64,000 bases of DNA from Octopus vulgaris (lineage: Eukaryota), in NCBI GenBank assembly GCA_951406725.2, contig OX597836.1:15190001-15254000 (forward strand), in the 5' to 3' direction. The notes under the pieces are model-generated. The model ran no database searches, was not told the origin of the DNA, and worked only from the letters and a program-made list of their open reading frames with translations. The translations under genes and the position numbers were made by a program. This document shows, one piece after another, positions 13,030 through 25,705 of this stretch. Numbering within the stretch: position 1 is the first letter of the stretch; each line of letters begins with the position of its first letter.

Positions 13030-13333
13030 CCAAATGACTTCAGGAAACATTTTTTCACGCTGAGAGTTGCTGAAGCATGGAACAAACTGCCGGCATCGGT
13101 TGTTAGTTGTCGGAGCACTGCATCCTTCAAAACTTCCATGCTTCCTGAGATTCGCCAACACTACACCTAATTTTCTCCCCTCCATACACACACAAGCATG
13201 TATCTGACTCATACATTGTTCGCTTTCCAGACATTTCTACATTACTGCATGTACTTTATATGCACTTTCTGACAAGTTGTGGTGCACCTGAGCACTGTAT
13301 ACAATAATTTCATTATTATTATTATTATTATTA
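13030..13333 (+). mobile_element. CR1-like LINE 3' end with (ATT)n tail in SDHB intron 4
   Basis: FRKHFFTLRVAEAWNKLPASVV..FKTSM, then UTR and attattatt tail. Confidence 0.65.
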
Positions 13334-13426
13334 TACTACAGCCTTAAGGAGAGGAAGTGTGTGTGTGTGAGATGTATACATCAAATAGATTATTCAAGTT
13401 ATATATTAGGATTTCAAGTTACTCAC

Positions 13427-13570
13427 CAGATACATGCCAAGGTGTTCACACCACCAATATTCATGGCACAAGAGCCACAGATGCCTTCACGACAAGACCG
13501 CCGAAATGTTAAAGTGGGGTCATCCTCATTCTTTATCTTGATCAAGGCATCAAGGACCATGGGCCCACAT
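13427..13570 (-). CDS. SDHB: SDHB exon 4, [2Fe-2S] ligands ([48 protein letters not shown])
   Basis: Acceptor tttacag, donor gtgagt; 144 nt. Carries the CREGICGSC...LAC cluster motif. Confidence 0.98.
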
Positions 13571-14700
13571 CTGTAAACCAGAATAAATTACAATGATTTT
13601 TTTATATTTTGGTACAAGGGCAGCAATTTTAGTGGAAGGGGGTAAGTTGATTACATTGAGCCCCCCAATACTCAACTGGTACTTATTTTATTGATCCCCA
13701 ACCCCCCAAAGGATGAAAGGCCAAGTCAACCTCAGCAGTATTCAACTTTGCCTTTCATCCTTTTGGTTTGACAGCATCTAATGGGTCCGAGGACTGCATC
13801 ATATTCCAGTGACTGTTTTGGCAGGTTTTCTATAGCACAAGGCTTTGGTCTGCCCAGGGCTATAGCAGAAGATACTTGCCCAAGGTGCCAAACATTGGGA
13901 CTGAACCCAAATCCATGTTGTTTGGGAAGCAAACTTCTTACCACACAGCCTTTTGCATGCTGACATGTGTTACACAAAACTAGTGGAAGTGGATTTTCTA
14001 TCACTGCTGTCGCCAATCCTTAACTGTTTTGCTGGAAAGATATTTTCTCATTCCAATGGTCTTCACATGTCATAACTTGAAGCTAAAGGACTTTTGCTTA
14101 CTGGGGATCATAAAGAAATATACTTTTTATTTTTAAGTCCCACAGAGACCCTTTGACTTTTTCTATTGTAAAGAGGTTTTCAATCCAGTATTGGACAAGT
14201 CCCTTCACCCCTTGAAGGTCGTTGGGGGCGCTGCAGCCATGCAGCGTATCTAGGCTGAGAAAGCCCAGTGGAGCCCATCCCTCTCCAGGATAAACTCATT
14301 TCTACTGCTGAGTGGACTGGAGCAGCGTGAAACAAAGTGCTTTGCTCAAGAACACAACACATAGCCCGGTCCAGGGATCAAAACCACAATCTCATGATCC
14401 CGAGTCCAACACCCTAACCACTAAACCACACACCTCCACATCTAGTATTTACATACAATTAATTATAGCTTTAGAGCTTTATATGCTCCAAGAGCCACTG
14501 TTCTAAAAGAAAAAAAAAATCCACTTGTTTTCTTTTGTATTTGCTCAGACAGTGGTAATACTCACACACGCACATCTCCTGTGTTTTACTGACAACACAA
14601 TGATAGAGTGTATGTATGTGTGTGGGATGTCGCATGATACAAAAAGTGATTGGGGTGGGTGAAGATTCATATACTAAACTGTAAACGTGAACAGAGTTAC

Positions 14701-14759
14701 CTGTTTAAGTCAATTTCATAGCTTTGCATCCGTGGTTTATCTCCCTGCTTGTCTGGATC
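14701..14759 (-). CDS. SDHB: SDHB exon 3 (DPDKQGDKPRMQSYEIDLN-R)
   Basis: Acceptor ctcttctctag, donor gtaac; 59 nt, ends in phase 2. Confidence 0.96.
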
Positions 14760-16431
14760 CTAGAGAAGAGAGAACAAAGGAATTAGTGTAACTGGTAACA
14801 CTTCACTGATTAGGGAGCAAAAGGGACCAAAAAGAAAACCCATAAGTAATATTCCCTGTCCCATCTCATCGTCTTCGCCCACTATTCCTGGGAAAGCTGT
14901 GGGGTTAGAGTCCTCAGGCACTTCCTTCATAGGGTCCTATCAGAAGCAAGTGTGGCTAACTGAGGTTATGGTTATTATCCAACCATCTATCCCTAGGTAT
15001 TCAATCAGTCGTGGCCATAGAATCCTCAGGAACCTCCTCCATAGGGTCCTATCTGAAGTGACTGTCATTACACTTTTCTGTAGGGTTCCCAAGCATAACT
15101 ATCTGAGACGATGGATATTAGGCACCCATGACAGTGACACATAAAAGGCACCTGCTACACTCTTGGAGTGGTTGGCATTAGGAAAGGCATCCAGCTGTAG
15201 AAAACCGAGCCAAAATCAGATGAGCCTAGTACAGCTTTCCAGCTTACCAGTTCCAGTCAAACTGTCTAACCCTTGCCAGAATGGAAAACGGACACTAAAT
15301 GATGACGATGATCATCTCATTCTTATTTCTTTATCGCCCACAAGGGGCTAAACATAGAGGGGACAAACAAGGACAGACAAAGGGATTAAGTCAATTACAT
15401 CGACCCCAGTGCGTAACTGGTACTTAATTTATCGATCCCGAAAGGATGAAAGGCAATAAGTCGATTACATTGACCCCAGTGCATAACTGGTACTTAATTT
15501 ATCGATCCCGAAAGGATGAAAGGCAAAGTCGACCTCGGCGCAATTTGAACTCAGAATGTAAAGACAGACGAAATACCACTAAGCATTTTGCCCAGCATGC
15601 TAACGATTCTGCCAGCTCACCGCCTTCTCATTCTTGGTCTAACACTGGGTCTCTTGCTGGTTGGGTCAACTTGAAGAATCCATCTTGTGATTCTTCCTTG
15701 CAACATTCTAATCACATGTCAGTCACGCCAGAGCTGTGACTTTTCAATGCAGAGAAGTAGCAGCTCAACTAGTAGAGATACCCTGATCTCCAAGCTATGC
15801 ACACTGTCGATTAATGGTACCCTAGAGATTCTTCACAGGAATCCCATTTAAAGGGCTTCTATTCACAATCGTACAGATCTTAAACTACATTTAGCATACA
15901 ATTACAAACTGAGTCACTGCATTTTTGACAGGTGCCGGTGACACGTAAAAAGCACCATTCGAGTGCAGTCAATGCCAGTACCACCTGACTGGCTCCTGTG
16001 CTAATGGCACATAAAAAGCACCATTCAAGCGCGGTCGATGCCAGTGCCACCTGACTGGCTTCCATGCTGGTGGCACATAAAAAGCACCCACTACACTCCT
16101 TGAGTAGTCAGCATTAGGAACAGCATTCAGCTGTAGAAACACTGCCAGATCAAATTGGAGCCTGGTGCAGTCTCTCAAACTATCCAACCCATGCCAGCAT
16201 GGACAGCGAACATTAAACGATGATGATTGTCTATACAACTCAGTCAGACGAATATGAATGGGTCAGAAAAAAAAAAAGTCCTGAGGTTGATTTGTTTGGC
16301 AAAACCCTTCAAGGTGATGCCCCAGCATGGCCACAGTCAAATGGCTGAAACAAGTAAGAGATAAAAGATCAAAACAGCGAACATTTGGAGATGCCAGTAA
16401 TTAATCTTATGAACACATTGTGATTACTCAC

Positions 16432-16518
16432 CCATCTGTAAATAGTAAAAGTTTTTACACGCTTGCTTGGTTCCGCTGCAACTGCAGCTGCAGTCTGTGC
16501 ACATCTCACCGACTGGGA
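16432..16518 (-). CDS. SDHB: SDHB exon 2 (SQSVRCAQTAAAVAAEPSKRVKTFTIYRW)
   Basis: Acceptor ttctactttcag, donor gtgagt; 87 nt. Contains the AQTAAA...KTFTIYRW motif of the SDHB N-terminus. Confidence 0.95.
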
Positions 16519-16587
16519 CTGAAAGTAGAAATATAAAATTGATTGTGAAAATTTCAATTAATTTTGTATTTTTTATGTCATCATCAT

Positions 16588-17060
16588 TTAACCCTTTTGA
16601 TACCAACCCAGCTGAAACCGGCTCTGGCTCTGAGTACAAATGTCTTATTTTCATAAGTTTTGAATTAAAATCCTCCACCTAACATTAGCAACAATTAATG
16701 TTCCTAACACTAGCTTAATGATAACTAAGCTATTTTACTAAATTCTTTGTTATATTTAAAATTAATTGTAAGAAACACAGAGTATCTCAATAGAAATAAG
16801 ATAACAAAAAGGTTAAAGTCACCATGATACTTTTAATTCTTTTGTTACCAACCTGGCTGAAACTGGCTCTGGCTCTGAGTACAAATGTCTTGTTTTCATA
16901 AGTTTTGAATTAAAATCTTCCACCAAACCTTTGTCACAATTTATGTTCCTAACACCAGCTGAATGATAACTAAGTTATTTCACTAAACTCTTTGTTATAT
17001 TTAAAGTAATTGAAAGAAACACAGAGCATCTCAAAATAAATACAGTAGCGAAAGGGTTGA
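16588..17060 (+). mobile_element. Tandem dimer of a piggyBac-like TTAA MITE (about 225 bp monomer)
   Basis: TTAA-CCCTTT...AAAGGG-TTAA termini; two monomers joined by the spacer agtcaccatgatac. Confidence 0.75.
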
Positions 17061-18714
17061 GGTCTGTTTTCCAAGCTGGCATTAGTTTGTTGGGTTTGGC
17101 AGGAGCTGGCAAGCCAGAGGACCGTGCTAAGTTCCAATGTCTGCTTTGGCATAGTTTCTATGACTGGATGTCCTTCCTAATGCCAAACACTTTACAGAGT
17201 GCACTGGGTGCTTTTTATGTGGTACCAGCACCAGCGAGGCGACCAAGTAACTCGCAAAACAAGACTTCCTCAACTAAGGGGTGTAGTACTGATATTGAGG
17301 GAGGTGGTTTTATGCTGGGTGATAAGAGGTTAAAGTATGATAGAGAAACAGGTACAGGTGTCTTGCTGTAGGGGAGATAAATGGTTTCTTGTATTAAAAA
17401 TTCCACAAGTCTAAGAACAAACAAAAACTAATTTCACAGAAATTTATCTATTACAATACCTATTTCTTTATTTCCCACAAGGGACTAAACATAGAGGGGG
17501 ACAAACAAGGACAGACATAGGTATTAAGTCGATTATATCGATCCCATTGAGTAACTGGTACTTAATTTATCGACCCCGAAAGGATGAAAGGCAAAGTCAA
17601 CCTCAGCGGAATTTGAACTCAGAACGTAACGGCAGACGAAATACCGCTAAGCATTTCGCCCGGCATGCTAACGTTTTTGCCAGCTCGCTGCCTTACAATA
17701 CCAAGTACCTGGAGGATACCTGTAAGTAATCAATGCATTGGAAATAAAAAAAAATTTACCTTCTAATTACATTCAACTGTCTTAACCCTTTGCTTGTCCA
17801 AAGCATTGCCACAACTTTCTCTCACTCTTCTTCCTGTTTCTTGAGTAACGCTGCAATGGACTGGCGTCCCGTCCAGCTGGGGGGAACACATACGCCATAG
17901 AAAACCGGGCCCATGAGCCTGGCTAGGCTTGAAAAGGGCAACGTTTATCGTTATAGCAAGAAACAGCTCAGTTTCTTTCTCTAACATTTTACATAGTTCA
18001 AACTACATAAATGATTGCATGATGAACAAAATAGGAATTTTGAAAAAAGTATCTACAAGAGTTTTCAAACATTGAATGGCTATGAGGGTTCACCAAAATA
18101 AAATACTAATCAAAGGGGTTCAGAGGTGAAAAAAAAAAAAAAAAAAAAAAAAAGGTCGAGAACTGCTGGCTTAAACTATTTAGTATAAAATATTGGCTCC
18201 AGTCAATATTTATAGAAAGGTCATTCAAGCCAGTGAAAGTTATATAACATTGAGACTCTCCTTGAAGATTTGCTCAAGATACAAAACAACAAGAAAAGCA
18301 TCTGGAGCAAAGCCAAAAAAGGTGGCATCAAATCTTGATAGAAATCAAACTCTCCCTTGGTGGCACGAGTTGAAAGAGAAGAAAGGTGAATTATTACACA
18401 ACACCTGATGCCAGCCAACAATAAATGACCAACACAGATGATTCACCTGAAGAGGCTTATATCAGAAAATGGACTTAACCTTTTTGTTATCATATCTCTA
18501 TTGAAATAAGCTGTCTTTGTCTCAATTAATTTTTTTAATAAATGAAGAATTTAATAATTGTTATTATTAAGCTGGTGTTTGAAGTAAATTAACATGAAAT
18601 TTTGATGGAAGACTTTATTATAAATCACTGAAGATTGTATCATAGAACCAAGAGGTGATCTAAGGCAAGTTGGTATTATTGCATGATAAACTGTTTGCTG
18701 AAAATTTTGATCTA

Positions 18715-19085
18715 CTAGCAGTATTGCCTGGTATTGCTCGAGTTTGTTTCAACCCTTTAGAATTGGAATTTTTGAAAAGTAGCTTGTTATTCTCTTTAAG
18801 TGAATATTTTTCTTGTTGAAATACACCGAAAAATGGCGACACGGCAGAAAAAAATCGTAAAAGATAGGGATTTTCATAGAAAAAAAAAGGACCTTTTTCA
18901 TGTAAATAATTTTTGGTGTTAACATGGTCCGATTTGAATTTTTTCTTCTACCTAAGGAAGAGCAAACCTTCTTCTATCATACTCTCAATTTTGCTCAACT
19001 TGCGCCACAGGGTCTCGGAGGAGATAGTGTTAGTTAAAGGTTACCAAATCTGCCACACAGACAACTTCAGCTTTATATATATAGA
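18715..19085 (-). mobile_element. Related Helitron subfamily with shared termini and different interior
   Basis: ctagcagtattgcctggtattgctcgag at one end and gacaacttcagctttatatatataga at the other. Confidence 0.65.
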
Positions 19086-21984
19086 TGATTATGGAAATAA
19101 TATTCCACAATGTCTGAAAGTGAGCTGCCAAGAAAGCAAAATGGTTGGCATGCTGATAATTCCAGGCATTAAACGATGAAGATTTCATAATAGAAAGGCA
19201 ACATTTATAATCAGCACATAAAATTATGGAGAAGCAGAAGAAAAATCTGTGGTTGTGTGGGTAGAAGTTAGCTTTCCAACCAAATGGTTTCAGGTTCAGT
19301 TCCACTGTGTGGCACTTTGGGCAAATGTCTTCTAAACCTTCTAAGTGGATTTGGCAGATGGAAACTGAAAGAAGTCTATCGTGTGTGTGTGTGTGTGTGT
19401 GTGTTTGTGTCTTCTTGTCTTGACATCACGCAATAGTTGTAAATGATTGCCACTGTCAAACAAGCAGTGTCATTTCCAACATTCTACAAGAATATGTCTG
19501 ACCATAGGAAAATATTACCTTGCTTGGAAACAGGAGAGGAATGGCAACAGGAAGGATATCCTGCTACAGAAAATCTGTCTCAATAAACTCCATCTGACCC
19601 CATGCAAGCATGGACAAGGTGAGCGTTACAATGATGATGACTGAATGACTACAGACTTTGTGAGATATTTCCAACCGTTTAGTTTGAAAACACTGTGAGA
19701 ATTCCAATAACAAAAAACACAACAATCTTTTAGCAAGCTCAATAACTTCATAGGGTTTAAAACACAAGTTGCTGATTTAGGGAACATCAGTGTTAGAAAC
19801 TGGTTTTGAAAGTGTTATTGGAAATTTTACAAACAAAAAAGTTTATGATTGTTTAGTATAGAATATTTACACGTCTAACCAATGCAAGCAAGGAAAGACA
19901 GACGTGAAACAAACAATATTATTATCAGGTCATTCATAATGCCAAACCCAAAAGCTGTCAACTTACGTCATATTTTGGCACCCCTACAGATGTGTGCCCA
20001 CTTTCTCCAACTTTGTTTCCTCATAACATTCAGAAAAATGGATATTTTTAATGCAGCTTTCTACAGATACTTTTTAGATGGTGTAGTATACGATTATATT
20101 GGAGTTTAATATGAAAAAAAAATTATTGAGTGCACACATACATACTGACGTACATCACATAATTTTTTTCCAAAATTTCAAGTTTCATTTTTTAAATACA
20201 CAAAATGCTCCAGCATGGCCACAGCCTTAGAGCTGAAAAGAATAAAAATATATATCTGATGTGTCTCAGTATGTGTGTGCGTGTGTGTGCGCATTCACCG
20301 TTTTCTTTTCTTTTCTTTTTTTCATATTAAATTTCGATATAGTCGTAAGCTATGCCATCTGAAATGTATTTGTAGTAAATTTCATTAAAAAATATCCAAT
20401 TTCTGAAAGTTATGAGGAAACAAAGTCGAGGATCAATTTTCTGAAAGTTATGAGGAAACAAAGTCGAGGGATGGACCACAATGGTACGGGTATACCTATA
20501 TTTTATCGTAACCAGATTCTTCAATAAGGGATAAACTACAACTTAAAAATTCCACGATGTGCTATCGTCTTTATTGATAAATTTTAATCCACGACAATCC
20601 TGCTCTTGAAATCACCTTCCCCAACATTACATATGAAAACAAACGGTCGACTGAAGCAGGCCAAAACATTACATAAGGATTACATAAGAAGCACATAGTC
20701 TACACGACTAACGAACACACCATACAGGTAAACAAGGTGGAAACACTTGTAAATACGTAGTAACAAAGAGACATCCGTCTGCTGGAAATAGCAGTCGAAC
20801 ACCCTTCCCAAATCACACCCTATTTTTTAAAAGAAAGAAGAGGACACATTAGAACCAATTATAACGGTTATAAGGACAATATAGAGAAATTGATTGATAG
20901 TCATTCAGGACTATTATGTATGTGTGTGTGTGAATATATAAGTGTATGTGTTTCAGTCACTGGACTTGAAGGGTTTTAGACAAACAAATCGCACCCCACC
21001 CCAGTACTCTATATATTGTTAAGCCTGGTACTTATTCTATTGGTCTCTTTTACTGAACCGCTATGGTATGTCGATGTATATATAAAGGGCTTCTTTCAAT
21101 TTCCGACTACCAAATCTGCTTACAAGGTTTTTCTCGGCTCAAGACTATAGTTGAAGACACCGACCCCAAGATTCCTCGTAGTGGAACTGAACCCAAGACC
21201 ACATGACTGAAAAGCAAACTTCTCAATAATAAAAAACGGTTCTTTCAATCAACAGCTTTTAAGGGTAACGTGGGTTTTTGTTATTTAGACCTAAGCCATC
21301 CTTTCGTATTCTCCAATGTATCCTTAGTTTGAAGACAGTAAGATGTGGTTTTTAGGAAGATTTAGATGCTATGTCTTGGAAGCAGAGCTACCGTGTAGAT
21401 CAGTGGTTTTCAACCAGTGTTCCGCGGAACCTTAGGGTTCCGCAAGAAGTTACAAAACTGCTAAAATCGGCAGTAATTTTTAATTCTCCTGTGCAGATAT
21501 GTGTGCATAAGACTATTAAATTATTGCACAGGGGTTCCTCGAGCCAGTGGAATGTTTCCTTGGGGTTCCGCTCCAGCAAAAAGTTTGAAAAGCACTGGTG
21601 TAGATGGTCCCTCGTTAACCGGAGTTAAAATGTTATTGTTTAACCCTAGGCTCTATGCCTCAGATCACAAGTCTGACAGAGCAGTTACTATGACTTGGCT
21701 GCTATTTCTAGTAGCGTCAATGACCGCAAAGAACTTCACACCTGGTTCAGGTTAATATGCTACTAGTAGAGGTCTTCTGTGCAGCTACTAAACAGACTAA
21801 TATATATATATAAAATAATGTTACAATTACTTAATAGTCAAGATAAAACTCTGAGTTTCAGATGCCGAAGTGGAAATCCACAACACCATCTCTATTTACA
21901 TAATATTGAGGTCTCTTTCTTTCTTTTGTTATCTTACCGTTTTTACCAATATATATATATATATATATACATACACATACACTA

Positions 21985-22200
21985 GGGGGTGTAGAAAGGT
22001 TCCTGGCTTTAAGGGTGTCGCGAAAGGCCTGGTTGGGGGACCAACCGTACGAGTTCTTTTCTAGGGTTTTTGAAAACCGAAGGACCATTGCAATAAGTGT
22101 GTGAATCTGAGAGGGGAACATGCTTCATAAAACCATAATTAATTAATCCTCTTGTATTTTCTTTTACCCAAAGACAGGAATTTTTCAACATCCCCTTGTA
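21985..22200. mobile_element. Mariner-type MITE (also 8275-8478; partial at 48250-48585)
   Basis: TIRs ggggtgtagaaaggttcctgg and caggaatttttcaacatcccc, TA flanks. Confidence 0.55.
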
Positions 22201-22494
22201 TGTATGTTTGTGTAAAGTCTGCCTTAAAAGCATGTTGAGAAAATAGCACCATATGGTGACAATAAGTAATGGAATACCGTTAAGGAAGCAAATATGTAAG
22301 GGAAATTTAAATAGGGGCATCAATAGACACATTAAGTAAATGTTTCGGTTTAAAAAAGTTGTTGTCTGTCATGTATATAACCAAGGTCAGACTGCATTAT
22401 GTAATATTAATGTAAAAAGACGAGAAAACGAAGCGAAAGCTAAAGGAAAAACTCCTCTATTGAAATAAAAGAAGTGTTTAATTGATTGACTCAC

Positions 22495-22566
22495 TTGTAG
22501 AACTGGGACCAAGGCTTTCGAAATGGGCAGAAATCGAGAGAGAGAAGAACAAGGGACAGCCATCAT
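22495..22566 (-). CDS. SDHB: SDHB exon 1, mitochondrial presequence (MMAVPCSSLSRFLPISKALVPVLQ)
   Basis: ATG at 22566, donor gtgagt at 22494; 72 nt, phase 0. Ser/Arg-rich with no acidic residues. Same coding length as human SDHB exon 1 (from memory). Confidence 0.8.
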
Positions 22567-22599
22567 GTTTGGGTTGTTGTTATATGTAAGAGTACACTT

Positions 22600-22680
22600 A
22601 CACTCGACTCCCACTCGCAGCCACACTCCACACTCCACTCCACTGTTTAACTGCGCATGTCAAGTGCGTCACACCGGGAA
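22600..22680 (-). promoter_or_regulatory. Putative SDHB proximal promoter (NRF-1-like TGCGCATG, CRE-like TGCGTCA, CACTC repeats)
   Basis: CpG-containing island directly upstream of the ATG; ctgcgcatgt at 22651-22660 and tgcgtca at 22665-22671. Confidence 0.45.
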
Positions 22681-22733
22681 AAAGTGTTTATGTAAGCGAC
22701 ACAGCACATGCACAAACACGCAAGCAGATATAT

Positions 22734-22774
<41 letters not shown>

Positions 22775-23060
22775 GAGAGAGAGAGCGAGACACACACACA
22801 TACATTGATTTTGGATCTTATTTTTACATACAAGCACACATGCATGTATATATATATATATATATATCTTTTACTCTTTTACTTGTTTCAGTCATTTGAC
22901 TGCGGCCATGCTGTAGCACCGCCTTTTAGTCGAGCAAATCGACCCCGGGACTTATTCTTTGTAAGCCCAGTACTTATTCTATCGGTCCCTTTTGCCGATC
23001 CGCTAAGTTACGGGGACGTAAACACACACCAGCATCGGTTGTCAAGCAATGCTAGGGGAA

Positions 23061-23106
<46 letters not shown>

Positions 23107-23283
23107 CATATATACGACAGGCTTGTTTCAGTTTCCGTCTACCAAATCCACTCACAAGGCATTAGTCGGCCCAAGGCTATAGCAGAAGACACTTGCCCAA
23201 GATGCCACGCAGTGGGACTGAATCCGCAACCATGTGGTTGGTTAGCAAGCTACTTACCACTCAGCCACTCCTGTATATATATA

Positions 23284-23676
23284 CTAGCAGTATCGCCCGG
23301 CGTTGCTCGGGTTTGTAAGGGAAATAACTATATAAGCATTTTTAGAGAGTTATAGACAAATATAGCAAAAAAATGCATTAAAAATGGAAAAAAATTATGG
23401 TAAATTTTTTTTAAATCGTTGACTCATCGTAGACATTTTTAGAGAGTTACTTCCCTTATATAATAGCGAAAAAATGCATTAAAATGGAAAAAAATTATGG
23501 TAATTTTTTTTTTAATCGTAGACTCATCGTAGACGCGCGCTAATACCCAGAAGGGCTCGATATGAATCACGACTATAAGATACCCGGTTTTGGTTAAACT
23601 GCACCGCAAAATGTGGGAGTAGTTAGGAATCTAAATCGTAGGAGACAGACACACAACTTCACTTTTATATATAAAG

Positions 23677-23677
<1 letters not shown>
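23284..23677 (-). mobile_element. Non-autonomous Helitron, same family, about 0.7 kb upstream of the SDHB ATG
   Basis: Near-identical reverse complement of 55814-56212; TC...CTAG termini and hairpin. Confidence 0.85.
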
Positions 23678-23711
<34 letters not shown>

Positions 23712-23775
23712 CACACACACACACACATACATTGATTTTGGATCTTATTTTTACATACAAGCACACATGTATGTG

Positions 23776-23814
<39 letters not shown>

Positions 23815-23818
<4 letters not shown>

Positions 23819-23956
23819 TTAATAAATAGGGTTCAGCAAATATTTGCTTTATCACATACCGAAGTTTAGAAATAGCAGCCAAAAACCGTTGGCTGCTATT
23901 TCTAAACTTCGGTATGTGGTAAAGCAAATCTTTGCTGAACCCTATTTATTAAGTAT
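23815..23956. repeat. Near-perfect palindrome, 68-bp arms, 6-nt loop
   Basis: atacttaataaatagggttcagc...tagcagccaa-aaaccg-ttggctgcta...gctgaaccctatttattaagtat, with 2 mismatches. Confidence 0.95.
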
Positions 23957-24389
23957 CACTTAAGTTTACCATGAAATGGTCCTTTTTTCATGCCGAATTC
24001 TACTTGGTGAAATTATTGATTACTTCGTAATTAATTAATTTTACCCTTTGTTATTATATATATATATATATATATATTTCTTTACTACTCACAAGGGGGA
24101 TATTTATATATATACACACACAGACACACATACATATATAAGCATACCTACACTAATGTGCCCCACCTCCTCTCATTAGACTGTTTCCTCCAAATTTTCA
24201 GAAAAATGGATATTCTTTCAATAAATATTTCTAAAATAGCTTTTCATTTCGTGTAGATTACGATTATATACGAATTTAATGTGAAAAATAAAAAAAATTA
24301 TTTGGCGCGAGCGCGCACACTTTTTTTTTTTTTTTTTTTTTGCATTTCAGCGTTTTTGATCTTGAACTGGAACTATTCGATAGTTTATC

Positions 24390-25086
24390 TGGATCTTTTC
24401 GGTTCGAACGGGAGTTTTTTTCTAGCGGTGTCATATGAAATTGTCACCCATACTTATGACCCTAGTATCGATCTATTGCATTTCAATCTGTTTTAGGGTT
24501 AGGGTGGGGGGAAGGGTATTTTTTTTTTCTTCTTCACAATCTGTTTCTTGGATCTTTTCGGTTTGAACGGCAGTTTTTAACATAATTTCTAACCCCTAAC
24601 CCTAGATCTAAAATAGATTGAAATGCAATAGATCGATACAAGGGTTATAATTACGGGTGACAATTTCATATGACACCGCTACGGAAAATGGGATTTTTTT
24701 CTAGCGGTGTCAAATGAAAATGTCACCCATAATTATGGCCCTAGTATCGATCTATTGCATTTCAATCTATTTTAGATTTAGGGTTAGGGGTTGGGGAAGG
24801 GTATCTTTTTTTCTTCACAAATGTAAATAAACCCAATCTGTTTCTTAAAGGAGGAACATATTCGTACAGCACGGAATGTTGTTAACCTAAATGGACTCCA
24901 GCGATTGGTTAAAATTGCCGAAATGCTCGAAATTTCAGACGAAATATCTTACAACCCATAGAATTTTCTTAATAAAGCCAAGAAAAAATGATGTTTTATA
25001 AACACATTCTACCAGTATACGAAGTTTTAAAGTGTTTAGTTAACTAGAAATTGTGTTGACATGTGCCGTTCAAAAGGAAAAGATCC
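24390..25086. mobile_element. TIR element with internal inverted repeats and TTAGGG motifs
   Basis: Left ggatcttttcggttcgaacgg and right tgccgttcaaaaggaaaagatcc. Fragments of the same family at about 32866-33075 and 46184-46330. Confidence 0.6.
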
Positions 25087-25654
25087 CAAAAAGGATATAA
25101 GGTGCTCAAGCCAGAATTTAGAAAATTTTTCGAAGTTTCTGAAACAATTAGGGAATATGTCCGTAGGGTGAAATTATTTTTTAAAAAATGTTAGGCTTAT
25201 TTACTTCGATTTCAAATCCCGCTTAGAGGTCAACTTAGCCTTCATCAGTCAAGCAGCTGTCTTAAAGTACGCGATACACCAGTTATGGGGAAACTGCAAC
25301 TTGCAGGCGATTTAATGGCTCGCTAACGACAAATTACTTCTTTTTTTTCCTTTATTTATTTTATTTTTTCAAAAGTTTAGTTCGCGTGATGAGCCATGTC
25401 TCAAGTTTCTCGAAAATAGTTGCCCAGGTGCGGTGAGATGCTATGTGCAAGGGACGGAATTCCGGTATTGCTAACGCAGTCATTTCCCTTGAATTATGTC
25501 TAAACTTTCGGAATTACGGAGATGTACTCGCATAGCAAGTGATTTGATCTGAGATCGTGTGCTGAAACGAAAACAATTGCAGCGTGGAAGGTGTTTGTAA
25601 GCCATTTAAGAAACACACAAAAGCCGTTCGATTCACTTCAACATTTAAGTTTAA

Positions 25655-25705
25655 TTTGTCAAAATATTTTCGTCGCTTTGAGACCGCGACCTGTTCACTG
25701 ACAAA
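25655..25705 (-). ncRNA. Third copy of the G3-C8 hammerhead-like motif
   Basis: Reverse complement reads TTTGTCA-GTGAACA-gGTCGC(ggtctcaaa)GCGAC-GAA-AATATT-T-TGACAAA, followed by a truncated inverted copy at 25721-25742. Confidence 0.68.

Noticed and set aside
22523-23182. 219-aa plus-strand ORF over the SDHB promoter
   Set aside because: Runs through microsatellites and an antisense SINE; no recognisable domain.
25385-25460. C/D-box snoRNA (GTGATGA)
   Set aside because: No D box (CTGA) with a terminal stem at a suitable distance.
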